Assembly (NCBI RefSeq): GCF_006345805.1
Contig: NC_043000.1
Span: 121,644,001-121,708,000 of the forward strand
DNA: 64,000 nt
Reading direction: 5' to 3'
Origin: Octopus sinensis
Taxonomy: Eukaryota
In this document: piece by piece, positions 12,775-24,789 of the stretch
Position numbering within the stretch: the first letter of the stretch is position 1
Layout: every line of letters starts with the position of its first letter
Position numbers and translations under genes: made by a program
The notes under the pieces: generated by a model
Seen by the model: only the letters and a program-made list of their open reading frames with translations
Databases searched by the model: none
Told to the model about the DNA's origin: nothing

Positions 12775-13381
12775 TCGACTCTAAGCATAAGGTCTGAAAA
12801 TTTGTGTGAGTGAGGGAAGTCAATTACATAGACCCCAGTACGCAACTGGTAGTTAATTTATCAAATTTACCGAAGGGATGAACAGCAAAGTCGACCTCGG
12901 CGGAATTTGAACTCAGAATGTAAAGACAGACGAAATACAGCTAAGGATTTCGCCCGGCGTGCTAAAGTTTCTTATTTCTTTACTGCCCACAAGGGGCTAC
13001 ACATAGAGAACACAAACAAGGACAAACAAACTGAAAAGACGATTATATCTACACCAGTACGTAACTGGTACTTAATTTATCGGACCCGAAAGGATGAAAG
13101 GCAAAGTTGACCTCGGCGGAATTTGAACTCAGAACGTAAAGACAGACGAAATACCTACTTCTTTACTACCCACAAGGGGGCTAAACACAGAAGGGACAAA
13201 CAAGGACAGGCGCACGGATTAAGTCGATTATATCGACCCAAGCGCGTAGCTGGCACCTATTTAATCGACTCCGAAAGCATGAAAGGTAAAGTCGACCTCG
13301 GCGGAATTTGAACTCAGAACGTAGCGGCGGACGAAATAACGCTAAGCATTTCTCTCGGTGTGCTGCCAGCTGGCCGCCTTA
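12775..13381 (-). mobile_element. SINE family B, three modules in a chain
   Basis: Three successive B-box/central-domain units; junctions at 13154/13155 and 12971/12972. Confidence 0.9.
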
Positions 13382-14128
13382 AAATTCTCTTTGATTGTGT
13401 ATGTGCCGAAGTATTATTATTATTCGTATATGAGTGTGTATAATTTTGTGTTATGTATTTACCTTTATAAGTAAAGTACACCCACACACAGACACACATA
13501 TACACCGCTACATATAGTCTTCTGCAGTATGAATAATCTTTATAATTTGAAATGTCACAGATATCGTATATGTATTAGAACCGTCATTTGTAATAATTTT
13601 ATGCGAAAGAGTAGAAGATTTATCAATTTCGCATTTAAAATTTTACTTTTTATTAAAGTACGTTTGCCTGACATATATTGCATGTGCATATATACGCCAT
13701 TACACAGACGCACATATACACCATTACATATAAACGGAAATTAATTATAGATAATAACAAAGAGATGCAGAAAAAATGTGAAATATTATATCTATTGATA
13801 AATATGTGGGAGTTTGTGCGCATAGCGACTCCATCTAAGAATATCTGCAGAAGGAATATTATTCCAAAATATCATATCAGACTATGGATGACTAAATTAC
13901 AACAGGTATATAGACCATTTTCTGTATTATTGTGCATTGTTGTACAATTCAAAACTTTTTATTCTTTACAAACAATACACAATGCTTCAAGCGAACTACA
14001 GTGCTCACCTCATGTTTTTTTTTTTTATATTTTAGTTTTCTTAAATATATTCCCTATTTTGCCTTGCATGTTTATCAGTTCTCTTGAAACCCTCAGTATC
14101 AAATATGGTAGGATGATTTTATATATAC

Positions 14129-14305
14129 AGTTCTATATTTAAAGGATGAGGAATTATGTTCATTATTTACATTTGAGGAATATTTTTCCTAATCTTTTTT
14201 GTTGTTAACACGTTTCGGGAGTCTCAGGGAAATTTCGAACCAGGATTTTCAATCCTAAGATATTTTTCGATGTTGTTGTTATTATTATTATTATATTATT
14301 ATTAT

Positions 14306-14352
<47 letters not shown>

Positions 14353-14416
14353 ATAGTAGTAGTAGTAGTAGAGTTGTAGTAGTAGTAGTAGTGGTGGTGG
14401 TGGTGGTAGTAGTAGT

Positions 14417-14456
<40 letters not shown>

Positions 14457-14459
14457 GCG

Positions 14460-14532
<73 letters not shown>

Positions 14533-14793
14533 AATTCAGGTCACTGCCAGGTATCGAACTCGGAATCTTAGGATTAGTAGCCCGCGCTCTTAACATCTAC
14601 GGCATATAACCGTGGGCATGATAATAATAATAATATTAATAATAATAATAATAATAATAATAACATCGCAAAATACCTCATGAATGAGAGCCCAGGTTCG
14701 AAATTTCCCTAAGGCACCTACTGAAGGCTGGAAGGTATATCAGCTGAAACGCTGTGTCAACAACAAACAAGATGAGGACAAATATCCGTCACA
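14129..14793. mobile_element. Head-to-head inverted dimer of a tRNA-head + trinucleotide tract + hammerhead-motif-tail element
   Basis: Minus copy: tRNA-like head about 14535-14615 (B box GTTCGATACC at 14550-14559), (CTA/CTG/TAA)n, tail 14129-14280. Plus copy: (AAT)n then tail 14662-14793 with a hammerhead-like motif at 14713-14758. Confidence 0.75.
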
Positions 14794-15892
14794 TATTAAT
14801 AAATAAAATAATGTGCATTATATATATATATGGGCTATTTTTATCATCTGCATATAGTATTTTAATACTAGCTGGCCGATGTTTCGTTAAACAAACATGT
14901 GTAATGTTGAAAATAGAAAACAGATGAAGAATATCTTAACAGATTAAGTATTGTTACCGCGCATTCTCTGTAGTTCTCTGGCCAATTTGGATATACCTTT
15001 AGAAAGTAGAACTTTTAGATTTGTCAGAATGTCGATTTAAACAAAAAGCGTTTGTTTCCCAGTCGCCTCCATTCAGCATATTGCTCTTAAATTCTTCTTA
15101 ATCCGAGGTTTATTTTTCATGTAACGCTCTATACTTGATTGAATAGATATCAGTCGATGTGATTCTGTATTGAATAATTCAATAATTTTAACGACTCTAT
15201 TTACTTCGTCACGTTCAGAATATAAAGAAATGAGTCCATGAAATTCAAACAACAACCTCATATGGTAGTACTACATAAATCCATTCAGCTAGATATGTTT
15301 CAGGAAGTCAATTTATGTTTTGACGAATGGCTGCAATGTAGAACAATCAGAGTGTGCTCTAATAGAATGTTATGAAAAAAAATTATATACCCAAAACTAC
15401 ATAAATAAGAGTGTTTATGATTATCAGTTCGATAATAATATACAAATCTCTCAGTATATGAAGAATCTTGCCTCACTCTCGAGAATTACTCTCTTTTGCT
15501 TTTCTTTCCTTATTTTGATTAAAAGATGAAGACAAATAGCGCTATGATAACAAAATTAGCCACGTCCCAGTAGCTGAGAAAATTCCAGAAATAATGTAAC
15601 TGCGCGGTAGAGTGGAAACTATTGCTTGGTCTGTGTTTTTTATACTGTAACTCGCAAAGAGGAAATTGGAAGAGTAACGTGTGTTTTCGTCTTGCACAAA
15701 CTTACGATACCCCAGCCATAGCAGTGTGGTTTCAAGAAGTTCGAATTTTAATGGGATTCGAAAAATCGTATCTAATATCTGTCAAGTCAAATTTGACTTT
15801 ATACAAATGTTTGTTGGATTCGTATGATTCTACGTATAATAAACACTTGTAAAATTACTAAAGAAATCCGTAATCTACAGGCCACGGTAGCG

Positions 15893-16456
15893 AAATAGTT
15901 ACCTAGTTAGTTAGTTAAGTTAGTTAGTTCAGTTAGTTAGTTAATTTTATGGCTCAAAAAGCAAAAAGCAAGGCCATGTAGGGGGACATGGAGTTATGTA
16001 CAGGGTGGTGTTCATGTAAAGAGTTCAGGCCACTTGTGTTCAAGGGAGACTTTGAACCGTGCGGTCGTCGGCATCTTCACCATCTCGTCCGGCAGCTTAT
16101 TCCACGGGTCCGCAACCCGGACGAAGAAAGCCCCTCTCCTTCGATTGAGATGAAATCGTTACAGATAGAGCTTTTCGGAATGATCCCGCAGCCGACGCTC
16201 TGGAGCAGGAGTGAAGAACAGCTCTTTCGAGAGGTTACACTTTCCGCTTATGATGTGAGCAAGAATGAGATCACCACGGCGTCGTCGTTTTTCTAGAGAA
16301 TAAAGGTGGAGTGTCTTCAGCCTTTCTTCATAAGACAAATTCTTGAGACCAAGAACCATGCGAGTAGCCAGCTTCTGGACTCTTTCGAGGTGCTGTATGT
16401 ATTTGAGGAGATAAATAGAAGAGGCTTGAATCCCGTACTCCAATATGGGTCTCACC
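15893..16456 (-). mobile_element. 5'-truncated CR1-type LINE (RT C-terminus, 3' UTR, (TAAC)n tail)
   Basis: ORF 16159-16455 RPILEY..LERVQKLATRMV.GLKNLSYEERLKTLHLYSLEKRRRRGDLI, continuing FFVRVADPWNKLP; terminal tandem repeat tail. Confidence 0.9.
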
Positions 16457-17682
16457 TATTTGTGGTTACGAAATATTTAAATCCCGGTTTACGTTTTACT
16501 ATTAAAACAGGCTTAAAATGTACCAATGTATTCAATACTAAGTGTTCTCGTACTTGTACAATATTGCATGGTAACTATAATGAAGAAACTGTTTTTAATC
16601 TCAAAATTGTTTTTTCCCAATATTCTTTCGTTAGCTATACCTAATTCCGCTTTTTCTGAATAAATCTATCTGAACTGACAGACGCATTTAAAGTTTATTG
16701 TCTTTGCCAAAAATGGCTCAGGGAAAATAAATGGTGACATTTAAAAGAATAACATAGACAAAAGTTATATCAAATACCTTACAAGGTAAACTCATGATCT
16801 ATTACATTTATTTCAGCTTGTAGATTATGAGTCACAAATACCATGAGACAGTTGAAATTAGACTCATATAAGGAGGGGAGATAATCTCAAGGAAAAAGGA
16901 AAAGCATCTCCGAAGTTGACATGCCGTTAAGGAAAAAGACAAGATTACTCTCTCCAGATAAGGCGACAGACGTGGACACGTGTTTCAACCTCAGTATGAG
17001 TCATCATCACAAAACTATCATGCCTTACCTCCAGTCACAAAACGAATTACACATATATACCAAAGAGTAGATCACTATCATAGCTTAGCTAATTTGCATA
17101 GTTTAAAGAATTAATGAGCTTAGAGATGTACCATAGTGTGGCCAGACGGGTGTATTTGAACAACATATGCAGGTATATTCACCACATTTTGTTAAAATTA
17201 TGTATATAGGTTGTCCAAACATATATTCATCTTAAAAATATAGTCTCATATCTTTTATTCTCCTCACGGTTGATTTATCGCCAGTCAACAAAATTACAAT
17301 ACTTATGTCATTATGTCATGTTCTAAGACATACTGTGATTAGTATTGACAGAAATTCTCAGAAGACAAGTAATATATTTATATATGGCAAACTAAGTTAT
17401 CTTCGACAGTTTCAATATAAGCATAAATTATTTTCTTGCTTGCTCTCTATGAGAAAATCGAAATCATGTGGTGATATCTTTACTTGGAAAAGATGCTTTC
17501 TTTTAACAAGTATAACTACAGAAAAAAAATAAATTGCTCTAATCAAAGTGTTAAAGTATGTAATCTAGAAAAATATTAAGGGACGGACAAGTCATAGAGC
17601 CCTAAAAATGAAAGGATAGGCATGAACATATTCCAGATTTAGAATGATTTTAAAAATATGATAAATCTAACTTATCTGACCC

Positions 17683-17945
17683 ACCGTCGGTTATGACGAC
17701 GAGACATCCAGTTGATGTGATCAACGAAACAGGCTGCCTGTGAAGGTAACGGGCAAATGGCTGAATACACAACAGACACGCATACATAGTTCTCGGGAAG
17801 ATTCAACGTGACACAGAATATGATGAGGCTGGCATTTTGATACACATATATAACTCATTTTTGTCAATTGAGTGGCTCAAAGCAACGTGAAATTAAGTGT
17901 CTTACTTAAGAACACATCTCGCAGAAGACCTTAACCACAAAGCCG
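17683..17945 (-). mobile_element. SINE family D (diverged)
   Basis: Homologous to 45825-46050 and, in its tail, to 10920-11070. Confidence 0.7.
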
Positions 17946-18722
17946 CCTTTCTTCACTCGCGATAAATATAGAATTATATGAAACTATATAGAAACTAATA
18001 CAAATTATAATTTAAACCTTTTGTTACTATATTTCTGTTGAGATGTTCTGTGTTTCCTTCTATTAATTTTAAATATAACAAGAAATTTAGTAAAATAACT
18101 TAGTTTTCATTACGCAAGTGTTAGGAACATAAATTGTGACTAAGGTTTCGTGGAAGATTTTAATTCAAAACCTTTTTATGGCAGGGTCTGAGGCGGTTGT
18201 AGCCGGGTTGGTATCGTGGGGGTTAAACAATGTAAAGAACATTTGTGTAATACATTCGCGTATGGGTTGTATGTGAACATGTTACTTTTCTACCCACCAT
18301 ATTGAAAATATGAATAGACATACTTCTCTTTAAACTTTCTTTCTTCTTTTTTCGTTGGCCATGCCAAAATATATTGTCTGTATTATGCATATGGGTGCTA
18401 TACAATACCTCTTCATCTTTCTTGGTTACCGACAGCTACAGGATCAATCTGCTGAACGTGCTTCTTCTTTTTAAGTTCATGAAATTCCTGTCATCTTCTA
18501 GGGTATGGTCCCCTTACTATGTTTTGGAAAATGCTGCTTTCCTCATCGACTCTTTTTATTTCTTCCTACTTATTCTGCTGATCCTTTCCCTCAGTGAATC
18601 GTTTCCGCCATCGTAAGTAGCTAGGGTTACATAGAAGAAGTGGTAATTTTTCTGCTACTTGGATCAAATTTGGGTGGGGGCTTTAAAACAAAATCGATTA
18701 TTTTCTAGGATAAAACAATGAC

Positions 18723-19122
18723 GATCTTTTCGGTTTGAACGGCAGTTTTTCTAGCGGTATCATATGAAATTGTCACCCATAATTATGACCCTAGTATCGA
18801 TCTATTGCATTTCAATCTCTTTTAGGGTTAGGGTTAGGGGTGGGGAAAGGGTATTTGTTTTCTTCAGAAATGTAAATAAACCCAATCTGTTTCTTAAACG
18901 AGGGACACATTCATATGGCACAGAATTTTTCACCTCAATAGACGTCATTGATTGGTTGAAATTGCATAAATTGAAGAAAAAAGCAACAAATATCGTACAA
19001 ACTATCGCATTTTCTCAATAAAGCCAAGAGAAAAAGATGTTTTATAAACACATTCTACCAGTATACGAAGTTAAAAAGTGTTTACTCTTTACTCTTTTTC
19101 TGCCGTTCAAACCGAAAAGATC
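18723..19122. mobile_element. 400-bp MITE with perfect 23-bp TIRs and internal TTAGGG-type G-rich tract
   Basis: GATCTTTTCGGTTTGAACGGCAG at 18723-18745 and its exact reverse complement at 19100-19122; TSD ambiguous. Confidence 0.85.
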
Positions 19123-20379
19123 CAACAATCATCCACAAAATTCACAACCGGCGTACCCAGGATTAACATGGAGTTTTGGTTGTAAGAATTTTGCGATCTT
19201 GATGCAAACGCAGTGTAACGTGTAATTCGAGAAGCCGTATACGCCCAAACGATTCACTGCGGAGAAAAATTGCAATATCTTACTGTTATGCTCGGAATAA
19301 AAATAATTTCAAAGAAAATATTGGATTAATGACGAGGTCATCGAAGCGTTATATTCCCATTACACATCAGCTCTATAATCAACACATAATATCATTATCA
19401 AGTAAGCAGATATGTTGGAGGTGGGTTAAAAAATAAAAGTATTTGATGAAGTGTGAAAGGAAAAAACCATTGTGGATTTACGGACATTTATAATAAATGA
19501 TGTCACGATCCCAAAGATTTAAATAGAACAAATTATGTGAAGAATATGCTATGAATATAAAACAAAAACGACACGAAAATACGACCTTCCATAAATCAAT
19601 ACAAGCAACATGATAAATTCTCTCGGTAAATAGCGAAGAGAAAAGAAAGGATCAATCATGTAGGGAAAGAAAGAAACCCAAATAACGAAAAAATACATGA
19701 ATGAAAAATGACGGCGCTTTTAAGAAAATCTTATCAGCAAAAGTACGCTGTGTAAGATGCTATATAAAAGATGAGAGCTTTTTTTCAGCAGAGCGCTGTA
19801 ATTGAATAAAACAAAATAACAACAACAACATAATATTGGGGAATTGAACAAGTCGAACGGAAATTAACAAATATTGTGAAGAAATGTGAAAAAAAAAAAG
19901 GAAAAAGAAATTCTCCGCAATAACAAATGTGGAACAGAAGCGCAGATAAATATATAATCGAGACACAAGCATAACTAAATATAACTGGTATGAGATTTCA
20001 ACAACAAATGAAGAATTGAAAGTAAGTAGAGAGAAAATGGTATTGACAATATTCCCATTTTGAAGTTGAAGAGCCGAAATTGAGCTCATTTGTATATGAT
20101 GGTGCGCCACAATGACATCTAAAGCGTAACAGAATCAACACCTGATTGACTGTTAATTTATAACACAATATTAATTGTTGTTGTATTTAGGAATGGTCAT
20201 TTTTCCAGTTTAGCCAATAAAAACACACGCACTATATAGTTGGTGTTAATTTGCTTCAGCTTTATTTATTTTTACATTAATCTTAATCTTATTTCGGCCA
20301 GAGTTCTTTCGTCACACTTCTGTAACCTCATCAGTGGTCCTTTGCGTTCTTCTTTCTTATATAAACGTAACAATATTAA

Positions 20380-20950
20380 TTCCTCAAAACCAAAATTGTA
20401 CAGGAAGCCAACGCTACGGATCTGTAACTTCTTTCCCAGCAGATAAAAAATTCCTTCATTAATATTCAATAAAAGACAATAACACATTGGATTTCTTTAA
20501 AATTGTCAAGGAATAACATCACGTACAACACCAGCTGAAATGGCGGTTCTTATACTCAATGCAGTCATAGAAATGTGTATGGAACTAGACACTTGTGAAA
20601 AAGGTAGTAGAGGACAAATTAACATGTCTGCGAACATTAGGTTATGTACAGCAGCAATATAGAATTAGTAATCTATAGTCTAACAGAATCAGACTTTAAA
20701 TTACTACATAAATACTAAGAGATAGATAAAGCGGATAATAGTCAACACAGAATAATGGTGAAGAAAATTAGAATTTAGAAAACCAAAGATATACAACTGT
20801 AATGAAAAAAAATACTGAAGCCAGTGATAGAAATAATATAATACTTATAAATACGACAGTCATCTAAGCTATACACTAGAGATACAACAGATGAATTGGA
20901 GGGAAAGTACATTGAACATCTCAAATACAAAGCACAGAGAAACTATAAAA
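20380..20950 (+). mobile_element. Decayed LINE fragment homologous to 25390-25560
   Basis: Shares GGATCTGTAACTTCTTTCCCAGC..GCTGAAATGG.GGTTCTTATACTCAATG.AGTCA.AGAAATGTGTATGGAA with the R4-type fragment on the opposite strand. Confidence 0.55.
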
Positions 20951-21186
20951 AGCGATGTGAAATCAGCGTCCATTAACACTTATGACTACAATATGCCAGC
21001 GGAGAGGAAAGATGTCTTCTTCGTGAGTGAAAAAATCGTTACAAATTAGCAACACTCTTGCTAGAAAAAAATATTTGGATTCCTTTCATGCTTCTTTAGT
21101 ACATTAATGAGTTCGTTCATTAGTGTCATAAGAGGTGAAGAATATATATATTATATATATATATTATATATATATATATAATATAT

Positions 21187-21217
<31 letters not shown>

Positions 21218-21589
21218 TTAGAATTAGACATACACACAAACGCGCGCACACACACATACACAGTTGTAACAAATAAATCAGTTACGAACTGGAAACGAAA
21301 AACTTTGACTAAGAAATTTGCATGGAGATAAAACAATAATTATAATTAGAAAATTTGCAAGGAAAAGAGAGAAAATCCACTCAGTAACCGAAACTACACA
21401 CAACGCCATTTTGAAAGTAATCTTAACGGGTCAACAATCTAAGTTCAAATATCTTTCAGCTGAATGTAGAGTCAAGGGTACACTTTCAGCTGCATATAAG
21501 CAACGGTTCTAAAATTTATATATGCTAATACAGAGTGCATAAAATATAACCAATACAAAGGGACTGACAGTTCACTATATTAATTCTTC

Positions 21590-21820
21590 TTATGCCAGCT
21601 GGCATAAACGTTAGCACGCCGGGCGAAATGCTTTGTAGTATTTCGTCCGCCGCTGCGTTCTGAGTTCAAATTCTGCCGAGTTCGACTTTGCTTTTCATCA
21701 TTTCGGGTTCGATAAATTAAGTACTAGTGACGCACTGGGATCGATGTAATCGACTTAATCCGTTTGTCTATCCTTATTGGTCCTCTCTGTGTTTGGACCC
21801 GTGTAGGTAGTAAAGAAATA
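21590..21820 (+). mobile_element. SINE family B
   Basis: Full head, central domain and long tail. Confidence 0.9.
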
Positions 21821-22315
21821 TATATTAATTCTTCTTGCTTATTCCCTCCCTGATATGATGAAAATCACAGCTGTATATTATATCCCTACTGAGATATATA
21901 CCAGCATTTACATATGGAAGTAATCACTGCTATAATTGTTTACCTTAAATGGTACAGGATTTTTACATGATCTTAATCATCTGGAACATTCCTGTGAAAA
22001 CTGAAAATAAATTAAATGCAAGTCATCTAGATTTTGCTGTCGAAAACTGATAGAGAATTTCCTGTGGCGTGATTGACATTTCAACCCATATAGACCGTTG
22101 AACGCACTGCAAAAATATGGGAAAGCTGTCAAGTAGAAGAATCTATTTGTTGAAATTAAAAAAAAAGATATTAGGCATGAAAATCACAGAAGCGCTGATA
22201 TTTCGCCTACATGTTATGACAAAAGGAAGTGTGGGTAAAAATACACCGGCATAACAATAATCCTAATGTTAAAAAAAAAAGGGCATCACCTGGCACACGC
22301 TGTATCGTATTATCT

Positions 22316-22539
22316 TACTCTTTACTCTTTTATTCTTTTAGTTGTTTCGGTCATTTGACTGCGGCCATGCTGGTACACCGCCTTTAGTCGAGCAAATCGA
22401 CCCCAGGACTTATTCTTTGTAAGCCTAGTACTTATCCTATCGGCCTCTGTTGCCGAACCACTAAGTTACCAAGTCGTAGACACACCAGCATCGGTTGACA
22501 AACACAGACATACAAACATACACACACACACACACACAC

Positions 22540-22618
<79 letters not shown>

Positions 22619-22796
22619 CATATACATATATACGACGGGCTTCTTTCAGTTTCCGTCTACCAAATCCACTCACAAGGCTTTGGTCGACCCGAGGTTATAG
22701 TAGAAATCACGTACGCAAGGTGTCACGCAGTGGGGACCGAACTCGGAACCATGTGATTGGTAAGCAAGCTACTTAACACATCCACTCCTGCGCCTA
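22316..22796 (-). mobile_element. SINE family A
   Basis: Full-length reverse copy. Confidence 0.9.
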
Positions 22797-23171
22797 CATG
22801 TAAAGCCGTTTAAATTCAATACAATACAAACTGATCGTTATCGTCTCAGAACGGATATTATGATGTAAGTATAACTAGATGATGTAACACGATGCAAACA
22901 TCACTTAATCAACAATATCCCTATGAAACAATATTACACTTGTAATGCTCAACCGACACTACAATGCATAACAAGCGACATTCAAAAGAGAAACATTGCC
23001 GAACAAAATAAGTCGTAATTGTTCCCTCACAGAGATTTTACAGAAAAGGTTACGCTGAAAATGACACTAACAAATATCACGACAAATCAAATGATGAAGT
23101 ATAAATAAGAAACTCTTCCTCCTCAAAAGACACTGCAGCACACAAAGCTGTGGCAAAAATGGATTATATTA

Positions 23172-23403
23172 AGGCGGCGAGCTAGCAAAAACCTTAGCGC
23201 GCTGGGCGAAATGCTTTGCGGTATTTCCTCTGCCGTTACATTCTGATTTCAAATTCCGCCGCGGTCGAATTCACCATTCATCCCTTCGGGGTCGATAAAT
23301 TAAGTACCAGTTGCACACTGGGGTCAATATAATCGACTTAATCCCTTTGTATGTCCTTGTTTTGCCCCTCTGTGTTTAGCCCCTTGTGGGCAATAAAGAA
23401 ATA
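23172..23403 (+). mobile_element. SINE family B
   Basis: Full-length copy. Confidence 0.9.
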
Positions 23404-23534
23404 ACAAATGGAAGTTTAATGGCAGCAGAAAACATTCTCTGAAAACTTGAATATTCTACTAGAGTTGCATTGATTAAGATTCGATGATTTTTTTTTCCGG
23501 GATAGGTATCCGCAACCATTTCCATTTTATCCCC

Positions 23535-23635
<101 letters not shown>

Positions 23636-23698
23636 GTATATATGTATATATATGTATATATGTATATATATATATATATGTATATATATGTATATATG

Positions 23699-23740
<42 letters not shown>

Positions 23741-24175
23741 GTATATATGGGTTGTTGTTTCAATAGTAAGGTCGTGTTAGCATGCAGCATTCCAACATGG
23801 CGACAATATGACAGCATAGATTCTATTATAATTAATCTCCAATACATATGCATCTGTATCTGTACTTACTGTGGGTGCTACAATCAATGTAACGTATGAA
23901 ACACTGTTATGCTTCCTTGTCTGCTTTTGGTTATCTACGACAGCAAATATTAAATCAACTGCTGCAATAGAAAATGTTAGGTCTCCACCTCTCACTCAGT
24001 ACTTACAATCGTTTAACACTACAATCCCACCGTCTTGGCGAGCCTGTTCTTGTCATGACCTTTAGTCTAGCATTGTATCAACATGTATTTAGTAATGCTT
24101 ATCATATTTCTTCAACGATTACATTTGCTTCACCCGTCCTACAACAATCTCCTCCAACTTCCGTTACATAGAACA

Positions 24176-24567
24176 CCAGCAGTATCGCCCGACGTTGCTC
24201 GAGTTTGTTTCGACCCTTTAGAATTGGAATTTTTGAAAAGTAAAAATTTTGCATTTTGTAACTTGTTATTGTCTTTAAGTGAAATTTTTTCTGGTTTAAA
24301 TGCACCGAAAAATGACGACACAGCAGTGAAAAAATCGTAAATGTGGGGACTTTCATAGAAAAAACGCACCTTTTTGATGTAAATGATTTTTGGTGTTAAC
24401 ATGGTCTGATTTCAATTTTTTTCTTCTACGGAAGGAAGGGCAAGCCTTCTTCTATCATACTCTCCGTTTTGGTCAACTTGCGTCTCAGGGTCTCGGAGGA
24501 GATAGTGTTAGTTGAAAGATACAAAACCTGCCACACACAGACAACTTCAGCTTTATATAGAGAGAGA
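24176..24567 (-). mobile_element. Non-autonomous Helitron (third internal type)
   Basis: 5' TCTCTCTCTATATAAAG; 3' GAGCAACGTCGGGCGATACTGCTGG (CTAG variant); A|T insertion site. Confidence 0.8.
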
Positions 24568-24789
24568 TTAGCAGAGCCTTGAAGAATGAAAACTGCTTTC
24601 TTTTTAGATTTCTTGAAGACAAGTAGTTATTTGCAATAATTTCGGATTGGGCTTTGCATATTAGAGTTCTAGTTGCACAATACCACGGTATATTTGTTAC
24701 AAACATGACATCTGTGACAAATAATTTGTGATGTATTCGTAATGTAGCCCTTATATATTTTCCCCTGTCTATCCTGGACAATTCACCTC

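Noticed and set aside
18360-18620. ORF 18374-18616 and its coding-like antisense
   Set aside because: No recognisable family; antisense frames are stop-interrupted; cannot be assigned.
18822-18845. Interstitial telomere
   Set aside because: Only about three TTAGGG units, and they are internal to a MITE.
21944-22000. Minus-strand exon with good splice signals
   Set aside because: Stops in all three frames; chance match or non-coding.
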